NCBI GenBank assembly: GCA_052426225.1
Contig: JBNJNM010000023.1
Location: 620,001-684,000 of the forward strand
Source: Zancudomyces culisetae HAW-14-8
Taxonomy: Eukaryota; Fungi; Kickxellomycota
Direction of reading: 5' to 3'
DNA length: 64,000 nt
The notes below the pieces were generated by a model. The model had not been told where the DNA came from. It saw nothing but the letters and a program-made list of their open reading frames with translations, and did no database searches. Both the position numbers and the translations under genes were made by a program. Positions 35,723 to 49,856 of the stretch are shown here, piece by piece. The first letter of the stretch is position 1. Every line of letters starts with the position of its first letter.

Positions 35723-37112
35723 TTTTGTATACGTATATACACAGGGCAGTACTTCTTTTTTCTTTTAGTACAGTACTTTAGTATTCTATCACAATATAGT
35801 TTGTAATGTTGTATAATTATATTCTTGTGATGTTTTTCGTGGCGTTTTTTTTCTTGTAAAAGTAAACGGTTGTTATACATTAAATACACCAAAAAAACAC
35901 AGCATTAAATTTTTGAAGCAGGTGAATAATGAGAAAAAATATATTTTAGATGGCAAGTAGCTAAAGCAAGAATATTGAGTTGAGATAGATTAGTTGCAAC
36001 TAACATGTCACTTTTATTCTCGAAATCAATTGAACCTAGCTAGTACGCATTGCGTGATTACTAGGCTGCATTGGTGGAGCCCATTTACTCTCACTAGTGT
36101 GCGTGTATTATGAGCCAAAAAAGGTTATGGTTATTACTAAATATAGTTTCCAACCCCCCCTCTTCTTTCTACTCCTACTCCTCTCAAGAATATAGGTTGA
36201 TAATTATCACAAACGGACCAGAATTGGAGGTAAAATGCGTGAAATAAAATCAGCTTGTGCTTTTGAAGCCTCTAAAAATCCCGCAGTTTGGAAGGAAGAT
36301 ACAGCCATTACATTCGCCATACATATGTGGGATCTGAAAACAATATGTCTGGCACACCATACAAACACACTTTTTTTTTGCAACTCAGTTAGCTGCGAAA
36401 CACAGACTTGTCTTTTATTGGATAAAAAAAATATCACTATCCAAGCTACCCTAGTAGGTTATGTTTGGTGGTAATGGTGATACCTGATGTGATATGCGCG
36501 CAATAAATAGTGTAGCATCGCAAAGGAATACAAACCAAGATTCCTCCCAAGATTAGCATGTGGTTTATTCATACTTTCAGTTGTACAGAAGCAAATTGTA
36601 ATTGGCTCAGAAAATAAACAAAAAAATTTAAAGGGTGTTTATTGTTTATGCACCTAGCAAATAGCCATCAAGACAATAAAGGGTGTACCAGATATTGAGT
36701 TTTCCATAAACGAAGAGCCTCGATGCCACACGAGAGCGCCTGTGTATCCATCTTTACTGAATACATGCTATCTCTACAGCCCAATATAGTTAGCTGCAAT
36801 AAATAAACGTTAGCTAATAATACAAACCAGAATGGCTTTTCGTAGTCTAAAGGTCAAAACTAGTTAGGTTTTGGATAACCATATTAACAGCTTTATTCCA
36901 TGACGAACCCGACTCACTAAAAAAAAAAATAACAATAATAAATGCCACTATAGCCCCAATACTGTGTTTATATCTAGCCGGATTCCTTGTATTTTTTATT
37001 ATTATTGCTACTGCTATCGCCTTTTCGTATGCACACATAACAAAAAAAAAAGAAAAACAAAAAACAAAAAACAACATATAGATTGGATCGTGTGAAAAAC
37101 ATCAAAATCATG

Positions 37113-39452
37113 CTAGATTTCCATCCATTTTAGCTGATTTAGCAACATGACCTTTTTAGGGATCCTTCCAGGAGCAGGGGATAAAACAACCATAGTGTGT
37201 CTCTTCATATCCACGCTAGTTCTATGAGGAGGAGGGTTTAAAATATGTATCAAATCAATATCATGTGGCATCAGAAAACGGTGCAAATTTAGAATATGAT
37301 AAATAACAATACATCAGAGAATACAAATTCAATAAAATACATTTATATACCAGAAATGTGGAAATAGGAAAAACAGACGTACATGCTTATGAAACCCATA
37401 ACATTAGACGATAGTACTGAGTTTTCGAATTCATTATCGTCGATGGTCAAATAACCACTAGAATGACGGTCTTCTCCGTCATTCATAGGTGTCGAAGATG
37501 GCAACTTGGTACTAAATATGTTTGTAGGTGGGTCTAAGTATAGCACCGAAAAAATACTATGGATCAAGCTGTCATCCAAATCGACTTTTAACAGTTGTGT
37601 TTCGCTTATTTTTCTGTTTTCGCCGAGAGGTAATGTCGAAGATGGTGCAATTAATTCTAAATGCAGTTAAAATAATGTGGTAATTTTAGATGTGGTAAGT
37701 GGGCTGATAAATATCTGACTTGAATGTGATCGCTCGAGTAAAAACCACAAGTGCAACCACATCATGCTTGATGATCGAGTCGGTTATCAAAAATATCAAG
37801 ACATCTGGTGAAATAAGAGGTCGAAAAGATAGAGGATTTGTGAATGAAACCGGTGTAAAAAAAACGAAACGAATGGAATAAAAAGTATGATTGATTACCT
37901 TTACTAAATTTACACAACGAAATATCCTGGAATTTGATTGTAGTGGAAAATGGTTGAAATTCTTCCGACCTTGTCCCGTAGAAATATCTCTTAACTTGAT
38001 GGTACTGAAGTTCTTTCAAGTACTTGGATTCTCTACCAACAACACCGCCTGATTTTGGTACTTTAAGTACGGATATCTGCGAATTGTTCTGGTGTTTTCT
38101 ATAAAAATCACTGTAGATTTTTTCGCTTCCCACGACCAATATATGGGTAACTATAATATTAATTTAAAGTGGAACTATTTTTTAAACCTTTTTTGCCTGA
38201 GTTTTGTAGCAAAGAGAATTGCATTACCTGCGTAAATATAGTTAAATAGATATATAGATAAATACCTGAGTAACTCTTGATGATTTCATCAATAACAGGA
38301 TAGAACACATTATCGACATCACCGCTTGTATCAATTATACATCCCGCGTGGCGACCTAAAATAGATTAGTGATACTCTCGGTTATTTCTAGGATATTTCT
38401 CAATACCAAACCAAAATAATAAAAAATGAACAAGTATTTGTTTCAAATTAACACATACAACTTTGGTCCTCTTTGTATTTTTTGACCACTTGTTCGGCTA
38501 GCTGTTTTACCAATCCTTTGTACAAAACTACGTGATCGGAGGCGTTTGAATAGCCAAAATGATACACAAGTGGCTGGTCAGACACGCCAGCCGGTCCGAT
38601 CAAACCGTGACTCATAAACCCGTCCTCTGAATTTAGCACTTGTGTAATTTTGGTAGCGCTCAAAGTGCCTGGAATGCTTACTTGACCCTATACAGAATAG
38701 ATTTATTGAGATCAAATATTCATGAGATATTTGGTTAGATGCATTCCACGGCTGAACTCGACACAAAACAACCTCGCGTTTGATGACGCGTTTATTTCCT
38801 TACCTCTGTGGGATCGAGATTAATGTATAGCGGGGTACACTCTTCTCTTACCGCATAGTTTAGCAGTGTTCTGCATATACTGGTCTTTCCTGAATCTGGA
38901 GGGCCAATAACCAGAACGTTGGGTCCATTCTCCACGCCCATTTGGTTCTGCTTCGATTTCTCCCTTATTTCCTGAATCATACAATGAATATCCATATATG
39001 TCTCCATTGGAGTTTCGCTGGAGGTATATTCGGAGCTACATTTTCCCTAAAATATCCAAACATTTACTTTAGATTATTTCGTGCTTTTACTTTTATCCGA
39101 AATTTCATTTCTTCCTTACCGTTATTTCTAATTTACATCCTTCCCATGTAAAAATTGCTATTTTATCTCCGGAAAATTCGTATCCTCTGCTCGTTCCTAG
39201 CTCCGATCCAAAAACCTCGGCATTTCCTGATTTCAGCTTTGAATTTTAATATATATCTTAGAATTAATGCTAGTTACGAATTTATTACTTTCTTTTTTGT
39301 TCAGATTGTTTAGTAAATACTTTTAGTTGTGTTTAGGTAAGATGTGTAGAAGTGTAGCTTACCTTAACCTCAACGACTTTGTCGAAATCTACTTCAAGCC
39401 TCAGCTCCTCGAATTGGTTTAGTACTACCTCACGTACCTCAGTATTCGACAT
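37113..39452 (-). CDS. CLP1: Clp1 polynucleotide 5'-kinase / mRNA cleavage factor subunit, about 8 exons
   Basis: Exons give ELRLEV, LKSGNAEVFGSEL, AIFTWEGC, ETPM, P-loop GPPDSGKT, PLVYHFG, GCIIDTSG, PKSGGVV, YFYG, NVMGF, LSPAPGRIP..LKWMEI*. GT-AG borders present. Confidence 0.93.
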
Positions 39453-40420
39453 TACTCTTTTCTGGGGGATTATTTCTCAGTTAATGTAAGGCTAATGCTT
39501 TTAAATGTTGATTTTTATGTGCAACACATATATATAATGAAAATTAAGTACTGGATGTTAAGAATATACCAAGAAAATGTTAGAGTAGAATGGTAAAAAC
39601 CCCAAACAGCTTTATTTGCTGTTTTTTGTTCTTTAATATTTTTTTTTGTGATTTTGTAAGCTGTGTCTAGAAAACTGTATTCGAGGAAATATCTAAAGCC
39701 GAAAATCTGATCACATTTGTAACAACAAGCACACTCTATCCAGACGTCATCCAGTCTTACTTTGCCCCGAAAACTTCAGTACACCAAAGAGTCATCATCC
39801 GAGGCGAGACAAAACACTGATGGGATACTCCCAGGCACTGAGGAGAAAACACCAAATGCTTTAAACTCTGATGTAGCCTGTACCTTTACTAGAAATAGTT
39901 ACCATAAAAGTCTAGCAGTATTCATTGGTACACCTACTTGCATTGTTTTAGCAGGTCCTTTTTTTTAGATACCACAGGCCAAGTACAATATTTTTATATT
40001 TTCTCTTTTCAAAACCAGCACGAGTCAATGTCTGTTTCCTGAATTTACAACAGAGTGGATGCTGGGGTGTCAGGTCAGAACTCAACTGCTGACTTAATCC
40101 TTCTTGCAGATGTTTGCAGTTAAAGGAAAACCAAAAGTAGACTTTGTTTTTGTTTTATTTAGGAAGATGCATGACTAAGGACCTAATTAAAATACAAATA
40201 CTCTGAAAACTATATTGCATAAAAAAAAATGGTACCAATGCAAGCGCATTTTCGTTTGGAACCAAATGTAAAGAAGAAAATCAACATCAAATACTAGAAA
40301 TAAAGCCTCCGATTAAATACAACAAACAGTAGAGAAGTAGAGCAGCCCGGTCCACTTTAACAGAATCTCTCTAGCTTTCTTTTACCACTGAGAACAAGGG
40401 GTTGTGACCCACTCATAGAA

Positions 40421-41291
40421 TTACTCGCCCTTCTTGCTCTTCTTTTTTTTATGATCCGCAGCTGCCTGGTCGTCCAAAGATTTTTCTTTCTTTCCTGGTT
40501 CTGTGCCTTTCTGTCGCTTGTTAGAGGGGTGAAGATGCTCAAGATTAGTTAGCAGTGCTGGGTTAACATTTCCCAATGCTTGGTGTACTATACCAGGAAC
40601 TGTCACTGCGGCATTTAGAACAGACAAGCTATCGGTGGCCGACTGCTGTGCACTTGCCTTGGTACTTTGGTATAATTGGTTCTTAATAGTGTAGGCCTCC
40701 TTGTCCTTCTTGTAGCGATCTTCGTATTTCTATAGAAGTGTTTGTTTGGGAAAATAACATGTTAGTTTGGTTATAGAAAACTATTAAGTATATACACCCA
40801 TCACATTAAAACGAATTTACCTTTTTGACGTCTGGTGTTAGCGAAGTCCACATTTCACCAAGAATTATGGATATACCTTGCGATGAAAGACCGGGCTGTC
40901 TGTCCTTGACCTCCTCACGAAAGTCGTTGCAGAAGAGTATGTATGCCGATAGTGGCTTTTTGGGAGCATTGGGATCCCTCACTACTTTCTTTGGCCCTTC
41001 AGCGATTGGTACTACATTTTTAGATATTTTTTCAAATAATGCAGATAACTTTGAGAAGTGTTGTGAAATCTATTTCAATAGTTTTATTTTATTAGTTAGT
41101 TTCAGCATAATAGATAAGCAACTATATTATTATAAATACGCAGAAAAATCCTCTTCCTTATCCATAAGGCTTGCAAAAGCCGAACAAGAAGTGTTGATGC
41201 TTTTTTTCGGGCAAAAAAATAATGACGGTTTTACCTCTGATGCCTCTGCGGCAGATAGTGTAGCTACTGTATGAGTTTTCTTTACACCCAT
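40421..41291 (-). CDS. Single HMG-box protein (Nhp6/Hmo1/HMGB-like) with basic tail, 3 exons
   Basis: RDPNAPKKPLSAYILFCNDFR..ILGEMWTSL..KKKYEDRY. Introns 41070-41234 and 40730-40820. Lys-rich C-terminus. Not found intact in the ORF track. Confidence 0.85.
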
Positions 41292-44032
41292 TTTTGTTTG
41301 ATGCTTTTTAGATGAATGGTTTTAAATATTCTTTCGCTTCATAAAATATACAAAGTCGATATAAATCGTTAACACTATATACTTTGAACAAAAATTACAC
41401 CTTAAAGTAGGAATAATTTTTAAATAAACGGAGGAATTGGTGGAGAGGGGAAGGGAAAAGGGGAAATTGCAGGAAACCCATTTCGTTTTATAGATTTAAA
41501 TGAACCTGCTTTTCTGCTCCGCTTATCCTAGTCAAAAAAAAAATTAACAACCCCAGGATGACTCGAGCTTGCCAATAAAATGAATTCTATTGGAAAACAG
41601 GTTCAAAATGTTCAACTGGCATCTGGAGATTAATTGCAAGCACTATTACAAACTTCAGAGTAAAAATGGCCGTTTATTTGACCAAAAGCCTAGCAAATTC
41701 TAAACAATTACAAAATTGGAAAAAAATTTCGTACTCACTAAATTTCCGCTATTATCATCCAGTTCTGCAAAGACAAACAATTGAAATTAAAAAAGCAGAT
41801 TGCCGGTTTTCCCATACAATATTTGTAACCAAGCCCTCCTGCCAAAATCCAAGCTATCTATTAATATTTGGTAAAACCCGGCCAGAAAACCATGTTTGAA
41901 TCTTAATTCTAATAGTAACAAACTTCAACATTTTTTTCTAGAGAATTTTTTTTTTGGCGATTTTAGTGCAAATTTGGCGAATACAGCCTATTTCATCTAC
42001 AAATTGTGATACTTGATAGCGCGCTTCTACTGAATGTTCAGCGCTCAAATCGCATTCCGCAAACCGACCACCAAACTGCGATTTTCATTTTTTTCTCTTT
42101 GAAAAATGCAATTAACTATATTTCCAAAAATTGCTCCTCAACAAATTTTTGCAATTGGCGTTTTCGTTTGCAACAGTAAAATTGGATTGAAAACGCCATT
42201 CACAAATGGAAAAAAATCCAAGATTTTTGTCAAGGCAAAATTTCAAATGAGCGATTCTCTGGGCTTTTGTTGGAACAACACCAACTTCGATTTTTTTCTG
42301 TTGAGTTTGCCAAGATAGTGAATTTTTCCTAGGCCTACACATTGCAACTACTTTTTTTTTCTTTCACAGTCCATTTCTGCTCTTTTTTTCATTTTCGCGT
42401 TTTGGGACGCCTTCCTCAGGTTTGGGGTTTTTTTGCACAGCAATATGATTTACTTGAATTCACAAATGATTGACGCACACAGTTTATCATAACATCGATT
42501 GGCCGTAAAAGAGAAAAAAAGCAACCTAAAAAGGTTCGTCAAAGGGGTATTTAATTTACCATTGAGCGATTGGCGTGTTCTTACACTAAATCACTCACTT
42601 TTACACTACGCTTTTTTTTTAGGGTCTGGAAAATAACTACATTCGGATTTACTTGAACGTAAAAAAGTGAGATGCGGTTGATTTTAAGGCTTATCTTTCC
42701 ATTGAAAAGGGGTAGCGGATATGCACACTTTCATGAGCTGCACGCTAATCTCTTGCTATTTTTGCAGTAAACTCAATATTCAAAACCCGGAATAGCCAAA
42801 GCACAAAGCTGAATTTAGCCACAACAAAATATATGAGCCAGTCGGGTAGCGAGGGACTTTGCCCCTAGTAGTGGCATAGAAACAAAGTCACAGTGTATTT
42901 ACATCACAAGGAAATCCCGTTATTTATACACACATTCAAATCCTTTATCTATCGACTTTGTTTTTCACAGATTAATAAAAATTCACAAAACCTCAGCGAC
43001 CATTATTATGTGGAAAATAATGGATGTACCAGGTACATGTACAAAAGTAGATGTGAATACTCTCACCAAAATGCGAGCATAGGCAATGGTTTAGTCCACA
43101 TTCTGTACATCCACCAAAAGGGATGCATCACCAGGTACACCATATATACGTGTTGTAATCACATGATCTCAATGTTGTTCGCTACCGTTGGTGTACTTTA
43201 ATGGCGTTAAAATACTATAAATGGGTATTATGTCTATCTGATAATATACAAGAAAGAGTGATGCTAAATTTGGTAAGATCTCAAAACCTAGACATGTGGT
43301 AAGTATACGCACTTATGAGGTTTATCCCCAAGCTAAAAGTAACCCTTGACCTAAGAAGTGTGTAAAGGCAAAGATAAAGGCCATACGTGTAACAACCTGT
43401 TACCTTTTCTAGACAAGTCTCATCTGACAGCCTCAACTAGTTCAATTACACAGAAATAGAATAAAGAACAAACCATACCCACTAGAATAATAAAGGTACA
43501 TTTTTGTATATTAAAGTTATTGCAGCTTTGCTCTCATACCCATTTAAAAAGGGGTGGGAAATGGGCTCAGATCATGACCCAAAGAATACACCAAGCCCCC
43601 ATATGTGGTATAGCGGGTTTTGGTTTTAATATAAGTTAAATGACTAGCACCCCATACAAAATATACCGGTTTACGTTAAGAACTAAGTGGACAATACTTT
43701 GTGCCATGGTACATGTGTTTTACACGGTCCATCATATGCATCAATTTGAATTCAATAATTTCATTACTATCATAAATAACACCATTTAAGGAAAAAGAAA
43801 AGAAAAAAAAAGGTGTATAGTGCATAGCACATGGTGTACTATATATTTTTCAATTATGATGCATCATATAAAAAATGAACCAGTTTAAAACAATAGCCAC
43901 AAGAGTGTTATAATAATTCAATGAAGCTAAGTTGAAACCCCTAGGGCTTTAAAAAACAAAACTAAACAAGACAAAATTTTCTACCACAATAAAGCAAAAC
44001 ATCAGCTGAGGTTCGTTTTAGTCGAGTTTTAA

Positions 44033-44717
44033 TCAAACTCCACCAAAATTAACCGCCTTTCCAGTAACTAGAAGTCCTGTGATTAATCCAAACAAGCCCA
44101 AAATACTTCCAAAAATCTCAATAATAAGAATTTTAACAAAAAGTTGAGGATCATGTGCATCTGCTAGTGCTGCGTTACTTCCTGTAACACCAACAGCAAT
44201 ACCACATACCATGTTGCACAGCCCAACCGTCAAGCCACCCCAAAATATCGAATATGCTGTAAAGTAATCTGAGCTACTCAGTTCTTTGTTTGAAGGTATA
44301 GGTTGTACCTTGGAACTGAAAACTATAGCCATAATAATCCCATATATCGCAACAACTTCACAGAATATAATACTATAGATAAGATATACCACAATATTTT
44401 TCAGTTTACGCTACTAATGTATTTTATATCGCAGCTTACCTGATCAAATTCCTCGTAGCAATCCTCGGAGTTCGCACTGCACCACCGAGCAAACTAGTTC
44501 CTGTAATAAAAATTCCCCATGCCGCACCAATCACGCTCAGACTTACACAAAAGGCAATTCCATATAGAGCCCATGAGAAAGGTGATGTTTTTAAAAGAAA
44601 ACCTCCGATATCGAATCTATGCCCACGCCCTGTAAGTAGTAGGTATAAAATTATAAAGGTAAGGGCCGACACGACAAGAGAGAATAATCCTGTCCTTATT
44701 AAAGTTCCGTATTTCAT
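44033..44717 (-). CDS. VMA16: V-ATPase proteolipid subunit c'', 2 exons
   Basis: [23 protein letters not shown]|[25 protein letters not shown]. Intron 44373-44439. Confidence 0.96.
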
Positions 44718-46433
44718 CTCTAATATATTTAGTCAGTCTAGGTAAGCATCGGACAGAGTAGCATAAGAAATGTAAAATCATCGGTGTATGTATACATTCG
44801 CTGAATTTATGTGTTTGTAAATATTTATGCTGGGTTCAATTGTAGATTATAAATCACTTACATTATACAACTCTTTTAATCGCTTTATTGTGAATCCAGC
44901 CTAAGCATGTAGATTTAAATAAAGTTACAGAATACCAATATAAAAAAAAACCTCAGTATATTAAAAACATTCCATTTTGAAGTTTAATGTTTTTATGCGA
45001 ATTATCTTGACCGAATTGTTCTGCGGTAGCCAACTGAATTTAAAAACGAAAAAAAATTTTAATGTGAAATTGACATTATAAGCCTAATTATGGATAATAC
45101 AAGAAATGGAAAAAACAGTTACAAAAAGTACAGGAAAGAGGGTGAGGAGTAGGAAGAAGAGGTGATAGCATCTTTTTCGAAAACGTAAAAAAGGAAAAGC
45201 TATTACTACATAAGACCGAGCAGCTTTGTGAAGAGTACACCATTTCATGCAATATGGCTAGGGATGATGTACTCAGACAAGTTATGTTTGACAGCTTGTG
45301 GTTGATAACATTTTAGAGTGTTTATGCTGTTACTTTACTCTCGACTAAAGGAATGGCTCGCCTATTCCTTTCTTTTAATTTAAACTTTGTATACAGTCAT
45401 TAAGAGTTGGAATGATTATAAAGCTTAGCAGGGAGGAGTGAAGGAACAGGAATACTGTATACACACTCAAAGATAACCAGATCCCCAAAAAAAATAGGTC
45501 AAGAGAGTTGATTGACTACCTAAAAGCAAAAGCAAAAGCAAAAGCAAAACTCAATATGTGTCTGATAGTACAGAGTAGATAAATTGATCAACGTTGAATT
45601 AAAGCAGTGGCTATAAACTAATCCAGATTGTGTGGATAACAGGGAAACGCCAATTAACAAGATAAATAAGCTTTTCATCTTTTATTTTCTTTTGGTAAAC
45701 ATGTATCAGTAGGGTTTTTTTTAGAACCAGAACCAGAACATGAACCAGAATAAGGAAAAGGTCTAAGGTTCTATGTTTAAAGGAAAGGGAAAAAAAGGCA
45801 GCTAGCCCATGTTACCGATACACGCTACATCAGCTATTTATTACCCATCGCCAACCACCAAGAATGACACCATATCTGCATACACTATTTCTAGCTGTGT
45901 TGTAATAACACACTTCACCATTACACTTGAAAAAAAAATGAAAAAAAGTGGTTAAATGAAATAGTTGGCGTTATTGAAATCACATGAAGGAGTATATATA
46001 CAAGTTGCAAGTATATATTCACTAATACCCATAAATAGAGCAAATACTAGCTTAATATATTTGACTAAAAAATCATTTACTTGTAAAAACAACAAGACAT
46101 GCTTCTCAGAAACTTGTAGATACTAGATGTAGCGGTGTAAGAATTTCATCACACACACATACACACACACACACAAAAGGGCAGAGGGAGTATATTTGTA
46201 CTATATTTAAGATGGATGTGTATTTTATATATATATTTACCTTACCTATAACACACAGTACATTAATTCAAAAGAATACGACATGTACTGTCAAAAATAA
46301 ATAGGGATATTTTTCATACTGGAACTAAAAAAAAAAAGTAAGTGTACATGATAGTACATAATAGATGGTGAATAGAAGGGTATAGACAAAGTAGTATGGG
46401 ATGGGTGGTGGATGAGATATGTGGTGGATGAGA

Positions 46434-46565
46434 TATGTGGTATGTGGTATGTGGTATGTGGTATGTGGTATGTGGTATGTGGTATGTGGTATGTGGTATG
46501 TGGTATGTGGTATGTGGTATGTGGTATGTGGTATGTGGTATGTGGTATGTGGTATGTGGTATGTG
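46434..46565 (+). repeat. Heptanucleotide microsatellite (TATGTGG)~19 with degenerate flanks
   Basis: Perfect 7-bp units over about 132 nt. Confidence 0.97.
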
Positions 46566-47386
46566 ATGTATGAGATGTAAGATGTGAGATGTGGTTATGC
46601 AGTGATATGGCGTGTGGATAAATCCAAAATGTATAAATTCACAAGTCCGTATATTCCATCAAATGATGTTATTCTTCATGAGGCTGATCCGTGTAATTTT
46701 TAATGATAAAAAGTGTTATTAACACTTCTAGTCCTAAAGATTTAATTGGTATTAATGACCAAGAAAAAAAAAATACGACCACAATATTTTTTCTATTCCC
46801 TTTTTAGTTTATCCATAGTGTAGAAATTTGGTTCATGTGATTGTTGACATAAGCTCGACTGACTGACTTTTATTTTATTTTTTTATATTTATTAGCTTTT
46901 GAATTCGTATAATGTTCTATTTTTATTTTTTATTTTTTCCAAACTAAAATCAAAGGTTCGCAACATAAGAACGATAAATGCTAACACACTATCTTTGTTG
47001 GGAAATTATGGAGTTTAAACTTGAAGTAAAAGTAAAATGATATACCAATTTATTTACCACTCTAGAAATCAAAGTATCAGTTGATCAGGTTTATATATCA
47101 GTTGAGTAAACCTCTGAGAAATGCAACATCTACTCATCTCCTCCTTCCCCACCCCTATCCACTTACAAAGAGTACACTTTTCTTCATCACCGGGAACAAT
47201 CTTTATCAGCAATGATAAAAATACAATAATATTGCGTACTACAACAATATATGTAAAGACTGCGTTATCAAAAAAAAAAGCATATAAGTAAGCAGGATCC
47301 ATCCACTATTTCAAACGACGAGATTACAAAACTTCTTAAGGCATTTATACATTCCTTTTATATACGAAAAAAAATAGAAGAAAAAA

Positions 47387-48043
47387 ATGAGAGTTACAAC
47401 ATTAGCCGTAATTATTACTGCCGCCATTCTACAGGCAGTTTTATCAGCCACACCAGGAAATATAGAAATAGTGACCTGCATACAACAGAACTGTGTTATT
47501 AAAAACGGCGTACCCGTAGACGAGGAAGGTTGTGTGTTGAAATGCCTTCATGGTGGTCCATCAATTACACAAACAGCAGAAATAACACAAGATATTAACT
47601 TTGGGATGGCTACAAAGCTTGCGTCGTGCTTGATGGGATGTATGGTTGACAAGCTCTCGGATGCAGATAACTCAACTTGCGTTTACGCCTGTCTGGAAAT
47701 GATCCAAACTATGTTTGTCCCACCATCGGAATCTGTAACGGATTCGGAAACCCAAACAAACAAAAGGGATATAAAATCCGAGGAAGGCGTAAATGCAAGC
47801 CTTTTGCCAACACACGCATCACGGACTACATCTGTACAAACAGCGCATGTCAATAGTACCAGTGCCGATGCTGATGCCGTTGTCAGTGCCGACGCCGTTA
47901 TCAGTGCTAAAACTTTGGCTTCATCTAGTTCCTCAAAAAATGTTGACTATCTATTTTCTGATGCTGATATTACAGCATCCGCCAACTTGCAAACTTTATT
48001 AGTTATTATGGTTTTAACATGTGCACTTGTTGGACTTGTTTAG
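47387..48043 (+). CDS. Putative GPI-anchored or cell-surface protein with Cys-rich N-terminal domain
   Basis: Signal peptide, 8 Cys in CX3-4C pairs, Ser/Thr/Ala-rich stalk, hydrophobic C-terminus without cytosolic tail. Confidence 0.8.
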   Translation: MRVTTLAVIITAAILQAVLSATPGNIEIVTCIQQNCVIKNGVPVDEEGCVLKCLHGGPSITQTAEITQDINFGMATKLASCLMGCMVDKLSDADNSTCVYACLEMIQTMFVPPSESVTDSETQTNKRDIKSEEGVNASLLPTHASRTTSVQTAHVNSTSADADAVVSADAVISAKTLASSSSSKNVDYLFSDADITASANLQTLLVIMVLTCALVGLV

Positions 48044-48438
48044 GTTTGCCAAGACGGGCGAGATAAGTTTTGTTACCATTTATTCTTGTAGACCAAATAA
48101 AATTTCTATTAAGCTTTAACTTTTAAAAAAGGCTAATTATTTTAAGTGTGTACGAGTAATGATATGATTTGATAGTACCAAAGATAAATGAGAGGAGGGG
48201 GTTAGTATAGTTTCTAGACATATTGGAAGAGTTAAAAAAAACTATAAAAAAATAGTAGAAGAATGCCGACACGTTCTTTGAATGGAGGAAAGGAGGGCTT
48301 TAAAGATCAAGGGATATGTCGAGCAATATATTTTTTTGGGGGGGGGGGGGGTAAAGACAAATCTAAGGCATATCTATTTTGACAGTTTATTAAGTAAACA
48401 AGAAAAATAGAAGAGTAAGAAAAATAAATTACAATGTA

Positions 48439-49856
48439 TTAGGAAGAAACATTGTTTGAAGATGATTGCTGTTGCTGTTGCTGCTGTTGTTGTTGTTGCT
48501 GAGCGTTAGGGTCTTGAGGGTAGGGCTGATTCAGAGGAGAGTTTGGGTCGTGAATATAGTACTGAGGATACTGGGACGAAGCGGCGGCGGCGGCAGCGGC
48601 AGCAGCAGCAGCGGCATAGGGATCGTAAGAGTAGTTTGGCCAGGACATGGCGGCAGGGTCATGGACGGGGAGGGATGATTGCGAGGATGATTGGGGGAAG
48701 GGCTGGGGAACAGGGAAGTAAGGATAAACGTAGGCAGGGTTTGAGATTTGGGACTGGATAAACGAGCCGTTCATTTTATCAGCGTATTGATCTTTTCCCC
48801 AGGAGCATTTGATTGGGCGGCCGTTGAGAGACCAGTTGGTAAGGCTGCAGATTGCACGGGCAGCATTTTCGTGAGTGTCCATTTTGATGAAGGCATATCC
48901 GCGGTCGGTGTGCATGCGGAGATCAAGGATGTGGCCGTACTGACCAAAGAGAGGAATCAGTTGTTCTTGAGTGGTATAAGGAGTCAGGTTTCCACAGTAT
49001 ACAGTTGAGTTGTGTTTTGCGGCCTGCGCTGCAATCTGGTCAAACATCAGTCCTCCTTGTTGCTGTGATTGCTGCTGTGACTGTTGCTGTTGCTGCTGGT
49101 GTTGCGGTGCTTTCTGGTTGGCCCAGCTGACACGGATGTTGCGGCTACCCAGCCATTCTCCGTTCATTGTTGCAATTGCTTGTTCCGCATCACTGCGGTC
49201 TCGGAACGCTACAAATCCATATCCTCGTGATTTACCACTACCTACATCCCACATTACTCGTGCCATGCTCATACTAGGAAAAACCTTAAACGCCTTTGCT
49301 AGCACTTGGTCGTTTACCTCTGGACTCAAGTCTCCTACAAATATATGTGAATGAGTGCTTGTGTCCTCTTTCAACTGCGACGCCCCTGTAAACGCCCAGT
49401 TCACCTTGATCTCGTGATCAAAGATTAGTCGTCCATTCATCTGTGCCATCGCATTTTCCGCACTTGTTCTATCCATAAATTCTACAAAGCCATAGCATAC
49501 ACTGCTTTGTCCCTATTTATATTTTTATATCGTTAGACACTGTTCATCTACTCCTCACCTCACCTCACCTCACCTCTCACTTCTATATTCTCGTTATTAT
49601 CTCTTGATATTCTTACCGTTTTATCTGGTATGATTTTCACTGAGCTCACGGTTGAAATCGAACTGAAAATATCATACAACAATCGCTCGCTGGTTCTTAC
49701 ATCCAAGTTTCCCACATACAATGTTCTACTCGCAGATTCTTCCTGCACTCCTGCTCCTGCGCTCCCTGCTCCAAGATTAGGCGTTTGTGCCCCTGGTGTT
49801 CCTTGAAACATTGCTCCGCCAACTCCCACCTGTGCTGCATTTGTCATTTGTTCCAT
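48439..49856 (-). CDS. PUB1: Pub1/TIA-1-like triple-RRM protein with Q/Y/P-rich tail, 2 exons
   Basis: LYVGNL, YGFVEF (across intron 49513-49616), KVNWA, HIFVGDLSPEV, SRGYGFV, GEWLGSRNIRVSWA, KCSWGK. Confidence 0.9.

Noticed and set aside
36549-36561. AAGATTAGCATG matches part of U6 snRNA
   Set aside because: ACAGAGA box and the rest of U6 are absent, so this is a chance match.
42849-42868. Minus-strand CTAGGGGCAAAGTCCCTCG resembles the RNase MRP RNA CR-I motif
   Set aside because: I found no complementary CR-V (AGGGCT/GGGGCT) downstream to close P4. It would need cmscan to rescue.
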